64,000 nucleotides of DNA. Source: Callorhinchus milii. Lineage: Eukaryota. The notes under the pieces were generated by a model that saw nothing but the letters and a program-made list of their open reading frames with translations, did not search any database and was not told the DNA's origin. A program made the translations under genes and the position numbers. Shown here in pieces: positions 22,909 through 35,045 of this stretch (its first letter is position 1; each line of letters starts with the position of its first letter). The DNA lies in NCBI RefSeq assembly GCF_018977255.1, contig NW_024704742.1:7814001-7878000 (forward strand). The letters are read 5' to 3'.

Positions 22909-23604
22909 CAACAACAGCAACTTGGATTTATATAGCGCCCTCCACGCCAGACGGCGTCTCAGAGCGCTTTACAGTAACGGATCCCAGGGCAGAGCCAGGA
23001 GGAGGGGTAGGAAGGTGACCAAAGGCGCAGTCGAAGAGAAAGGTCTTCAGCTGAGACCTGAAAGTGGGAAGAGAAGGGGCGAGGCGAAGGGAATTCCAGA
23101 ACCTCGGGACATAGTGCCTGAACACATGGCCACCGAAGGTGGAGCGGAGGACTCGAGGGACAAGGAGGAGGCCAGATCCGAAGGAACAAAGGCAATGGGT
23201 ACTGTTTTGAGGAGAGAGAAGGTCAGAGAGGTAAGGTTCGGAGAGTTTTAAGAGGAGGTCGGGTAAGTGGAGGAGGTGAGAGCCGTGAGATTTTAGACGC
23301 TGACGAGAGCCAAAGAGTATGGCTTCCGTCTTGTCAACGTTCAGCTGAAGGAAATTTGCGCTCATCCAGCCCCTGAGATCTGACAGGCAGGCTGACAGAA
23401 CATCAGGGGATTCGCAAAGAGAGGTGGAAAAATAGTCCGGTGTCGTCCGCGTACATGTGGAAGTGTACCCAATGTCTGTAGATGACGGATGTCAAGAGGG
23501 AGCATGTAGATCAGAAAGGGGAGGGTACCCAATAGATAACTGGGTGAGAGCAGGAGGAGAAGCCGTTTGTGCAGATGTACTGCTGGCGGTATGTGAGGTA
23601 GGTC
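22909..23604 (-). mobile_element. L2 LINE 3' part with internal deletion (same family as 9363-10333)
   Basis: [42 protein letters not shown]; tail gagacgccgtctggcgtggaggg. Confidence 0.92.
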
Positions 23605-24479
23605 AACATTGCTTTATAAATTAAGATCGTACTGAATTGTGGAAAACTCCGTCCTAATTTGGAAGCCGGTTTACTAAAGATTTAAAACAACAGTAAAAAA
23701 AACTTAAAAAGAACAATTAATCTTTGTTGAACAAGTGAAATTTTTTGGCGAATGATTTGCCTTTGATCCTCAGATCAGATTCTGTTTCTCTGATTGCCAC
23801 CGAAAATTAATGGGACTAGAAGCATTTCTAGAAGCACGATTTGTAAGTTCGTCACTGGCAAAGCTGTCTCGGTGTGCTGCAGTAACATTCAGCTACAAGT
23901 TAAATGCAATCCCTTAGTCAAATACTGTTGTAAACGACGACTCACTACAAATCTTACTGTTTCATGGCTTCCTGTATCACTGTAAATAAGTCCCAAAAGG
24001 AATTGTTTTCCTGTAAGACCTTCTGAGGTTCATTTTCGAATACAGAGAACTGTCTAAATTGACAATCTGGAGAAGTGGATCAGTCGGAGATTCTTGAGTA
24101 ATAACAATACTGAGTGTGTGTTATTTCTAAATCGAATGATGTTCATTTCACAAATTATTAGACAGACAAGTGACTCAAAGATTTATGCATTACAGCAAAA
24201 GTGGACTCGGGGGACTTGGTGGAAAGGTTTTATAAATTTGGAAGCGAATAAGTATGGCTGCTGAGAATTTCAGATCATTTTACTATCTATTACCACGATA
24301 TAAAAAATAACTGCCAGTAAATCAAATAACTGATTTGACTTAAGAGTAATTTGTGTAAATGCCTGCAGGCACATTTGTGGAGACGACAACCTTGTAAAGC
24401 ATTACTCATGCTTAATATTATTTTCCTGCTTTAATTTTCAAAGACAAAGACTCGAGTTGTCATACATTCCAGTGGCAAT

Positions 24480-24705
24480 GGCGGAGCAATGACCTTTCTC
24501 AATGTATGAGCCCAGACAGTAATCATCAGTTAGCAATTCAACTGATAGAGGGGGCAACACATCCTTTCCTTAGCTGGTGCCACACACAAGCAGGACCCCC
24601 CAAGAGTGGTGGGTTAATGATCAGGTCTGGAAAACCCTGTTGACTTGATCCCTTCCCAGCCAGGCGCGAGGTAAATTATCGTGCACCACTATTGTCCTGG
24701 TGATC
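24480..24705 (-). mobile_element. Old SINE-like body resembling a repeat common in shark genomes (name not asserted)
   Basis: Reverse reads cctggctgggaaggga..cagggtttt..cctgatca..tgtgtgtgg..actgtctgggctcatacattgagaaagg; recognised from memory only. Confidence 0.4.
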
Positions 24706-25321
24706 AGTCACCATCCATAAACCTTCCTTTTTTACTGGTGCTTTTACACACCGAGTTACTATCACAAAGTGCATTTACACACTGTATCACTGATATCAAT
24801 ATAAGCTGCAGATAATGGAAGCTGCCCTTCTGTATTCCCTGCATTTGGTGACTCAGCCATCTATCTATCAGTGCTGCTCCTTCAGCTAGGACGGCTTTCA
24901 TTTGTAGAGCAAATCCAGAGTCAGCAGGGAAAAGATTGTAAAACCCAAGGGAAAATGTGACAGTAAACATATTAAACATATACACCTCTAGCAGGGCATG
25001 ATTTAACTAAATCAGATGACTGTTACTGTATTCTGTAGCTTGCCATTCTTTCTTTTCTACAGAAAATAAAATGCAGGTTATTCAGAAGCCAAACCACCAC
25101 CCCCCCCCCCCACCCACCCCACTCAAATAAACAAAAAAAAGTGCTACACGGTAAAAACTGAGTGCTGGCAAATTAGAACCGTGTGATTGTAAAATCTCCA
25201 AAACACCAGTCGCTACCGTCATTCGAACCTCTGTATTCAGAGTCTTCACTTTAGTCATATCCTCACCTTTTAATGGCCGTTCATGAATGCAGAGAGCAAC
25301 AGACATTCTTCAATAATACGC

Positions 25322-25601
25322 CTTAAAACAAGGTTCTCAACAAGCTTTTCAGGTGGACATTAAAGGATCCCGTGACTTTATTCAAAACAAAAAGGAAGTT
25401 TCTCTTGGTGTCCTGGCCAACAATCCCTTCACGTAAAATTGTTCATTCACTTCACGGCTGTTTGTGGGACATTGCTTTGTGCAAATTGATTGCTGCTTTC
25501 GCCCGCAAATATACAGTCAATACTCTTTATGGTATAACCAGTGAAGCACTTTGACATGACCCCCTGACATGAACGGTGCTATACCAATTGTAAGGATTAT
25601 T
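25322..25601 (+). mobile_element. Deu-domain SINE 3' two-thirds
   Basis: tcaggtggacattaaaggatcccgtgac..ggtgtcctggccaacaatcc..shared tail. Confidence 0.8.
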
Positions 25602-25705
25602 AAGTTCAATTGGCTTTTCTTCTAGCTTTTCCCAAGAGTTTCTAACTCCTGTTTTTGAGGAATGCTCAGAATGCTCCTTTGCTATTTCCCTCCTTACCCC
25701 CCCTG

Positions 25706-26070
25706 GAGTCCTGTAGCTCAGTGGTTAGAGCACTTGCTTTATGCGAGAGACATGGGTTCAATGCCTGCCAGGGCGAAATGTTGGACAAGTTTCCTTACTC
25801 CACATGCCTCTGTTTACCTAGCAGTAAGTAGGAATCCAGTTGATAGTCAATTAGCGGATCGTTTTTCTGGGCATAATAATTCCTTTAAATAAAAATTAAA
25901 AATTTGTCACACAATCTACAACGGTTTGTGGGACACTCTTGTACGCAATTGGCTGCCACGTTTCACCCACAAAATATACAGTCAATTCACTTTCCAGTAT
26001 ATTCTGTGAAGCGCTATGAGATGTCTTGAAAACGTGATAAGGTGCTGTATCAAATGCAAGGATTATTATT
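25706..26070 (+). mobile_element. Full-length tRNA-Ala-type SINE, long subfamily
   Basis: gagtcctgtagctcagtggttagagcac head through aaatgcaaggattattatt. Confidence 0.92.
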
Positions 26071-26345
26071 CATACCACAGCTAGATTCCACAAAACTTCA
26101 CAAACAAAGCATGTCAGTACTGGTTTTACAAGTGTTGTCTTTAATCAATATGTATGATGTTTGACAAAGCCATTTGCATTTAGAACCCACAGATGAGATT
26201 TTCCTGCAAAAATGATCAATAATTTAGTCCCATAAACAATCACACATTAATTCAGATACCTAATTCAAACAAAATGTTAGATTGCTTTGAGGTATTTTGT
26301 ATTGTTGTTCTCTAATATTTCTGTGAGAGACTTGAACTTCATCTA

Positions 26346-26742
26346 TAATAATAATCCTTGCACTTAATCTAGAGCCTTGGGACTTTGTCGAAATGTCTCA
26401 AAGCACTTCACAGGGTTTACTGTAAGGTATAGTGATGGTGTGTTTGTAGATGAACACAGAAGCCAATTTGCGTTATGCAATGACCGATTTTTATCTCATG
26501 GGTTGTTGGCCAGGAAACTGGGAGAAACTGCCTTCTCTTTTGGAATAAAGCCATGGGATCTTTAACATCTACCTGAACAGGCAGACGGAATCTCAGTTCT
26601 TAACCAAAGAACAGTGTCTCCAATAGTGCAGTGTTCCCCCAGCACGGGAATGTCATCTTAGATTATAAGATTGAAATCCTCACGTAGGGTTTGAACCCAC
26701 AATCTTCTGACTCACCGGCAAGCAACTGAGCCTTGGTGATAT
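26346..26742 (-). mobile_element. Deu-domain SINE
   Basis: Reverse has gagtcagaagattgtgggttcaaaccc and ttaaagatcccatggc. Confidence 0.8.
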
Positions 26743-28949
26743 CTTGACTCAGTTGGGCTCACGTGAAAGGAAACCACCCTCTTTATCAGGCCTCAGCTTC
26801 AAGACCTTATGGATACTGGCCTCCAAATTTATACGGCAAATGTATTCCAATTCATTGGAATTCAGAACCATATAAATTCACAGCACAGAAGGAGGCCATT
26901 CAACCTATTGCACCTGTGCCTGTTCTTTGAAAGCAATATCCATTTTGCCCCAATCCTCTTCCTTTTCTTTTTAACCTTCGTAATCAACAGTTGGATTTTG
27001 ACCTAAAAATATATACTGTGCACGTGTAACGAGTGCAACATTAAGAGAAATAACAAAAAAAGTAACGTATCATTGGTGAATTTAGAATTCTCTCTCTCAT
27101 TTTCTCTCTTTCTCTATCATTGTTCTTCTCTAAAGTGCCACTCTATCACACAGGTGAATCTCTCCAGATAGGATCTCTAGATAGGTGTGGCTTTGTCTAA
27201 CGTTAATATGGGTTCTTGTTTGATTGTACAACACTATAAATCCAACTTAGAACAATAAGGACATGTATATATTTGGACATTTATACCAGGACATGTTCTA
27301 AAGGATAGAGGGATTAAGGGCGAGTAAATGGAATTAGGTTAGAAGATCAGCCATGATTTTATTAAATGTCAGGGCAGACTTGAGGGGCCGACTGGCCTAC
27401 TCCTGCTCCTACATCTTATGGTCTTTTGGACATTGCCTGTATATATGAGATACATTTTTTTATATAACTAAAAATATATCTATGGTTTAATCTACAGTTT
27501 GAAGTTCATTTCCAAAGTAAATTATCCGTTAACAATGAAATTTGGAACAAACTCTTTCAGGGATTTATCTTTCACATTTACATAGCGGAGGTGCAGAATC
27601 TTCCCAAGCTGTGCAGCATCTGCTCAGCACCATTCATTCCTCACTTTGAGTGCTAAGGTCTGGCAGTGTGGAGTGAAGATTATTGCCATCGGTAACAAAC
27701 TGTGATCTCGGAATCGCTGGAAAAAAAAAGTCTATAAATGTGTGTTTCAAATGTGCTTTGGAGTGAGCCAAACACTAAATGCTAAAAACACAAGCTATAC
27801 CTATGGCAGGGTGTCATGGTTACATAAGTTACAAACCCCTTTATGCTTTAATTCATTAGCTTCCATTGACATATAAAATATGGTATTGTTGAACCATCCT
27901 GTTATAATTGCGAAAACGTCAATGTCTCACTCTTGGATTCGCCTCTTCCAACAATCAGTCACTTAAGAGCTCTGTTAATATCAATGAGCAATCAGTACAG
28001 TATCGTAACCATCCTATGTATATGACCTACATTCAAGGTACAGTCATGAATAATGTGGTGGGAATCTCATGAATGAATCATTTTGTGATGAATTATTGAT
28101 TTTACAGTGGAGTGTAAGAGCAGGTTACAAAGTGTGTTTGCCGTCTGTGTGTTAATCACTCTGGTTCAGTAATTGGCTCTATTGAAACCATCATCAAGGA
28201 TGACATGGAGCTCTTAATTTTGCCTTCTCTCAGATGGAAGGCTGACATTCACAGCAACAGACCGAATGATGGCAGGATCATTTTCTACTCACAACATAAT
28301 TGCATAGTAAATAATAAATGGTAACAGTGTGTGTACCGAAGGAAATAAACCCCACATATTTTCTTTGTCATTTTTGTTTGGTATTGGCGAAGTCTCTGCT
28401 CACTTAGAAGAGGGATAGTAACTATAATACTTGCTTATTTTAAGCATCGCACAATACTCTAAGCTAAGTCAAGGTGCAGCTTAGTTAACTCTCGAGAAAA
28501 TTTGCTCCACTATGCTCCTAACAATATACCTCATTCCGTACCTGAGTGAGATCAGAAATTCACTCGCAAATTAAATGCAGCTTTGTATTATAACTGAAAC
28601 TCCACAAACCCAATTCAAATAGAAGGCTTACATTAAATCAGACAGATTGGACCATCAGTCTGGGCTAGATTTGACTTCAGATGTCAACGATTAAAGGTTA
28701 GACTTGTGTCAATATACTGAGTTCAGTTTGGTCTGGAGTACTATTAAATCTGGCCTGACCCATTTCAATCTTCAATATAATGTCGTGCTTCAAAAGTGCA
28801 GCACGAGGACAAATAAATGTGAGTTGTGATTTATTGGGAACAAAGGATTTAAGCAATTCTCTGCTATGTCTGGACTCAGTGTTTCCACTGACAGCTGTGG
28901 CTCGAGCATCTCTGCACCTACTTCCTCTGCCTCTCGCAGGCCAAAACTG

Positions 28950-29458
28950 TCTTTTACTCCAAAACCATTTTAGAGACCAAAAACAACCCAAAGGCACTGT
29001 TCTCCCCCATCCATCATCTCCTCCATGTGCACAAACCCACCCCACACTCCATCCCACCCTCCCACAGTTGCCTCCATCCTCACTTCAAATGGCAAATGCA
29101 AAGAGGTCCTAGATTCTTCATGTCAAAGATCAAAAATATCCATTTGGCTGCATCCTTCTCCTCTATTTTCCCCTTCCATACCCCCAGACCATCTACACCA
29201 CCCCCTCCTTCCACCACAGCCCCTACCACTGCCCCTCCCTAGACTCCTTACTCCTTTGCCGCAATTACTCCCACCTCCTTCTCAACCATCATCTCCTGGA
29301 TGAAGCCCACCACTTACTGCCTTGACCCCCTCCCCAACCAGCTGCTGATCACTCAACTCCCCCTCCTCTCCTAATTGCTGGCTGACACAGTCAACCAGTC
29401 GCTCTCCTCAGGTTCTGTTCCTCTTCCCTCTTAAAACCGCTGTCATCACGTCCCTCCC
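28950..29458 (+). mobile_element. L2 internal fragment (linker to RT start)
   Basis: KQPKxLFS, MKPTTYCLDPLP, VNQSLSSGSVP..LKTAVIT; an inverted continuation (ISNLPFLAKVL) lies at 29530-29622. Confidence 0.8.
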
Positions 29459-29798
29459 ACATTTAATCCCTTGTGACCATGACAAGTGCCTTCTCTATGC
29501 TGTGGGCAGGACAGTAACTAGACTGGAAGGGCTAGAAGAGGGAGTGGAGTGAGAGGTGAGAGTGAAGCTGGTTAGCGACAACGGGTTTCAGAACTTTGGC
29601 AAGGAAGGGCAGGTTGGAAATGGGACCCAGTACAAGGGTCATGTAGACCTTCAGAAGAGAGAACCTAAGCCACGCATATCTCTTAGAAGCAATTTTGCAT
29701 ATTCCATGTTTTACAAATTCAATAATCACAGATTTCTTCTTCGGAAATCTATTACAAAATCTGAGATCTGTTATGTCCGAGAGAAGTCAAGTATATCG

Positions 29799-30192
29799 GA
29801 GTTCTGTAGCTAAGTGGTTAGAGCACTCGCCTCGCCAGCGAGAGACCTGGGTTCGACTCCTGGAAGGGCGAAACTCTGGGCAAGTTTCATTACTCCACAC
29901 GCCTCTGTTTACCCAGCAGTAAGTAGGAACCCAGTTGTTAGTCAATTGGTGGATCGCTTTTCCGGGGTGTAATAATTCCTTAATAATTCCGTAATAAAAC
30001 AAAAATGATAATAATAAATTGGTCACTCAATCCACTGCTGTTTGTGGGACACCGTTGTGCGCAATTGGCTGCTACGTTTTGCCCACAAAATATATAGTCA
30101 ATTCACTTTACAGTATATTCTGTGAAGCGCTTTGAGATGTCTCGAAGACGTGGTAAGGCTCTATATCAAATGCAAGGATTATTATTATTATT
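29799..30192 (+). mobile_element. Full-length tRNA-Ala-type SINE, long subfamily
   Basis: Head with GGTTCGACTCC B box, body, (ATT)n. Confidence 0.92.
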
Positions 30193-31248
30193 ACATTGCA
30201 CAGAGTAGACACAGTTGAAATGCTCTGCTTCACTGACACAGTGATCCCATAGCACTTCTCGGCCACAAGCTACAATCTGCCATCAAGGGCACTTTGATCA
30301 TTATCATCAAACTATTCAAGCCATTTATCCAGTTTGCTTGGAATTAAATCAGTAAATAAAACCAGCTGCAGCTCATAAGAAAAACTAGACCACTATAAAT
30401 GCATTGGTGAAACATATAGTAGGTAGAAATCAGGTTCTGTTCTCTCTCATTGATAACAGTGGGCAAAGCTCTCCGAATGAAAACAGTGGGCACTATGACG
30501 TGCATTCATACAGTATTGATCAACATTTAAGAAAGTACATTCTCCTAAATTCTATATATTTTCAGCTCACACACAATACTAACAAGCTGGGGTCTAAAAC
30601 ATTGGTTGGCCCATTGGCTAATTATGTAATTAATCAATAAAACGTTATTGGGTTTACAAAACCCCCCCAAAATAAATGTTATCGGTTTTTTTTAAAAACT
30701 TTTGAAAAAGAAATGCCGTTCTTCTGATCATCTGTTCTTCCATTCTCTTCTCTGTAACCAATTATTTTAAGCTTCAATTGTTGCTTTATAATATTTCATA
30801 TTACCCTATTGTTTTCTTACAAATTTTTTTGTATTTTTCTTTATCTCTTCCTCAATTTTAATTTCCAAATGACAACAACAGCAGGGGAGCATCTAGAGTG
30901 CATAAAGCAGAACAACTAATTTTTTTAAATTAAATTAGTTGCCCTGTTTGCCTACATAACAATATTCCATATTATACATTATTCCATATATATGCAATTT
31001 TATTATTTATTTCAAGATCATCTTATTGTTTTATTTCACTTTCCATCTGACTTGCGATTCTGGTGGATACAAAGGGACCATTTCAAAGGAATACAGACTC
31101 TATCTTCCAGTTATCCTGCCTTATATTCCCCTCCTGAGAAGTCTCACCGACATGATAAGGAGTTAAATCAAATGAATGGATTATTATTATACTGAAAATA
31201 TATTGACTTCATTTCTAACTGTATAAATCATTCGTGAGACTATATTTA

Positions 31249-31569
31249 TAATAATAATAATAATAATCCTTGCATTCGATATAGCGCTTTTCACGTCAGG
31301 AGGACGTCCCAAAGCGCTTCACAGAACACACTGTAAAGTGAATTGACTGTATATTTGTGGGCGAACGCGGCAGCCAATTGCGCACAGCAATGTCCCACAA
31401 ACAGTCGTAGATTGAAAATGACCAATTTATTATTGGTTTTTTTTGTTTTTTTGGAGGGATTATTATTAGGCTCTGTGTGGAGTAAGGAAACTTGCCCAAG
31501 GTTTCGCTCTGCCTGGAATTGAACTCAGATCTCTGGCTTGCAAAGCGAGTGCTCTAACCACTGAGCTAC
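31249..31569 (-). mobile_element. tRNA-Ala-type SINE, young deleted subfamily
   Basis: Near-identical to 13491-13814. Confidence 0.93.
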
Positions 31570-31573
31570 TTAA

Positions 31574-32110
31574 GAGTACTGTGTACAGTTCTGGTCACCG
31601 CAGTACAAAAAGGATATTGGAGAAATTGAGAAGATACAGAGGAGGGCAACCAAAATGATTGAGGGAATGAAGGGACTGGACTATGAGGCGCAACTAAGTA
31701 AATTGGGCACATTCACACTGGAAAAGAGAAGATTGAGAGGCGACGTGATTTAAGTTTCTGAAGTGGCAAAACAATATAGATCGTGGCAGGCTGTTTCAAC
31801 TTGTCCAGAATAATAGAACCAGAGGACACGGCCTGCGATTGAAGGGGGTAAATTCAGAACAATCCTCGCAAACACTATCTCGGTGAGCGAATAGAGAACC
31901 TGTGAAACAGGCTCCTTAGGGAGACGGTTGAAGCAGGAAGTGGTGATTCTTTCAAACACAGATTAGATAATTTTCTTTTAGGAAATAATAATATCATGGG
32001 ATTTACTGTACATAGAAAGTTTGGGACATATGTGACCGCCAGGGAGGTAGAAGGCGTACTAGATGGACCTTGGTCTTTTTTCATCTAGCATTTCTTGTTC
32101 TTATGTTCTA
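31574..32110 (+). mobile_element. CR1 LINE 3' end
   Basis: EYCVQFWSPQYKKDIGEIEKIQRRATKMIEGMKGLDYE..TLEKRRLRGDVI; ends ttcttgttcttatgttct. Confidence 0.92.
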
Positions 32111-33351
32111 ACCAATTATATTTTGTAAAGTGCTTCATAACGTTAAATTTATCTGAAAATGAATTCACAAATGCTAGATAAACGTATGCTATTGCTATTA
32201 TTAATATTATTATAGCCCTTCTATATGCATTTTCTTTCTTCCAATTGCTGTCACCGATATTGGAAGTGGAACGAGTCCTTTTTTTCAAAAGATTTTGCAT
32301 TGAAATAAAGCCGATAGCCCTTCAAAGAGTTAAGGCGAAGCAAAGTCGTGTTAAAGAAATGTCTTATTTCCATGTTTCCTTCATACATAAGAAAATTAAT
32401 GAATTGACATTAAGTGTCCGACCACAGTAAATTATAAAGTAACGTATCCCACAAAAAAATCAGACATTGATTAATAAATATCGCAATGCATGCTTGAGAC
32501 TATTTTTACAAGCTCATAATAAAACGAAGAATTTCAGATAATTGGCATCAACGGTTTATCGCTGCGCTGTAAATAATTTAAAACACTGTCTTAGCTTCAG
32601 CTGAGCTGCAGCAGAATGACAGCTCTAAGGCCAGGCACAAACGAAATCACCAGTAGCATGGGATTGCTGCTACAACCTTTTGTGTTGTAATCACTGAAGG
32701 ATGAAACCAGTGGTGGACAACCTTTATGGTCTCCCAACAAAATACGTTTTCTTGATTGAATGTTTCTTGATTTATGCCATGAATCAAGACATATTCAATC
32801 AAAAAATAAAGTGAAAATACGCTACTAATCAAAGATAGACTTACCTAGAGTGGTGCGAATGTGGTGGCGGGGGCTCTTCTGTACCGTAACGTGTAGTGCT
32901 TGTGCATTTTATAGGTGAACTTGGCAGACAATTTGCACACAATCTGACACATAGCCATGAAGTGAATGACCAATTTTACCTGGTGGGAGATTGTTGAACT
33001 GAATAATGTTAGTATTTCCCAAAAATTGGTGAAGCAGCTTTGTAATTCGACAATACAATAATAATAATATAATAATAACCCTCATCATTGCATTTGATAT
33101 AACGCATCATCACATCATCAAAACATCTCAAAACGTTCCACAGGATTTACTGTAAATTGTAGTGACTGTGTATTTGTATATGGATTTGACTGAATTGAAC
33201 AATTTGCCAAATTTGGATGCTCTGAAACTCTACCTGAATGGAGTATATCGAGACGCAGATGGAATTTCTCCCCTACAGTTTAGCAGCTAATCAATTATTG
33301 AGAAGAAAGCATCCAGAAGGGATTGTCTTGTTCCTGTGGCGTGGTCTCTGA

Positions 33352-33480
33352 ATTAGCTCAGTGGTTAGAGCACTCACCTGCAAGCGAGAGACCTGGGTTC
33401 AATTCCTGGCAGGGCGAAACCTTGGGCAAGTTTCCTTACTCCACGCTCCTGATAATAATCCCTCAAGAAAAAAATAATAA
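33352..33480 (+). mobile_element. tRNA-Ala-type SINE 5' half
   Basis: tagctcagtggttagagcac..gggttcaattcc..ttccttactccacg. Confidence 0.85.
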
Positions 33481-33833
33481 AGCTTTGCATTTGACATCGC
33501 ACCTTATTACGTCTTCGAGACGTCTCAAAGCACTTCGCAGAATATACTGTAAAGTGAATTGACTGTATATTTTGTGGGCGACACGCAGCAGCCAATTGCG
33601 CATAGCAGCGTCCCTGCAAACAGTCGTTGATTGAAGAGAGCAATTTTTTTTTAAGAATTATTACTCCCAGAAAAGTGATCCACCAATCGACTAACAACCG
33701 GGTTCCTACTTACTACTGGGTAAACAGAGGCATGTGGAGTAAGGAAACTTGCCCAACATTTTGCCCTGCCTGGGAATCGAAAACCTAGGTCTCTCGCTTG
33801 AGGCGAGTGCTCTAACCACTGAGCTACAGGACT
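33473..33833 (-). mobile_element. Full-length tRNA-Ala-type SINE, long subfamily
   Basis: Reverse complement of the 861-1232 type. Confidence 0.92.
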
Positions 33834-34144
33834 GCGTGTAACCCTGCAAGTAAGAAATACTCTATTATAGATCAGCTTGCTTATTGTGAGTGTTACATTA
33901 CAGTGCACGTAAGATCACTCTATGGGTCTGTAATAGGATAAAGGATCACTGGGCCTCACTGTGGAGGGAGAAACAGTCAATTGAAGAAACTGGAACACTG
34001 AGATCCCATCACGAAAGCTAATAATGAGGTTATTGAAGTCAGACTATTAAAGAAAGAACTTGTCACTGTGGGGCAGGGTTGGTGATGTAAAGAAATTGGT
34101 GTTGATGAAGAAGGTGGAGCAGAGGGGAAGGGTCTGTGTTTTCC

Positions 34145-34420
34145 CCCAATGTTTTGGTCAGTGGAAAGTCTAACATTTGCAGAAACCCATCACCGTGCTA
34201 AAGAGTATCCAAACCACATCGAGTTCCAAATATGTGTCTGGATTGGACTGCATGTTCTCTTACAATAACAACAACAAATTACATTTGTAGAGCGCCTTTC
34301 ACGTCAGGAGGACGCCCCAAGGTGCTGGGACTCCACTCTACTCTGAGCTGCGCACCCTGCTTGCCTAATTCCAGAGAGAATTAGGTGCAAATTGGTAAGA
34401 GATCAGGCTTGGGGACAGAA
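34145..34420 (+). repeat. Fragment of unclassified ~650-bp repeat, split by a ~70-bp L2 tail (34262-34330)
   Basis: acccatcaccgtgctaaagagtatccaaacca and cctgcttgcctaattccag..ggcttggggac match reverse of 45880-46060. Confidence 0.72.
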
Positions 34421-34829
34421 GGAAAGCTTGCGGCTTGAAGCAGAAGGTAATAATAATAATAATAATAATAATCCTTGCATTTGATATAAGGGCATGGGAG
34501 AGAGTAAGAGTAGGTGCAGAATCACGGAGAGTATAAAGATGACAAAGACTAGTTGGGCCGAATGGCCTGATTCTCTGTGTGTAATCCATGCGAAACTCTA
34601 TGCGAATTAGGATTCAGAAAGCACCCTCTCTGCAGAAAACACTGTTTCCAAACCATGACTGAATGAAATGACCCACTTCTCATGTTCGTGTATATCTTGG
34701 CTGTATTGATTAATGCACAACAAACAATGTTAGGATGTCAAGAGAGACTTCAGGGACTTTTCTTCAACAAGTACAGAATCATTTGGCAATATAACCATCA
34801 TATTACGATCAGCAGGCTGGCTTCCTGCA

Positions 34830-35045
34830 CTGGGGTAATAAACCCTCCAAAAACAAATGATAATAATTTGGTCGCTCAATCCACGATTGTTTGTGGGACA
34901 CTGCTGTACGCAATTGGCTGCCGCGTTTCACCTCAAAAGACACAGTCACGATACTTCACAGTATATTCTGTGAAGTGCTTTGAGACGTCTCAATGACGTG
35001 ATAAGGCGCTGTATCAAATACAAGGTTTTTTTTTATTATTTATTA
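34830..35045 (+). mobile_element. 5'-truncated tRNA-Ala-type SINE
   Basis: Body and tail match. Confidence 0.85.
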
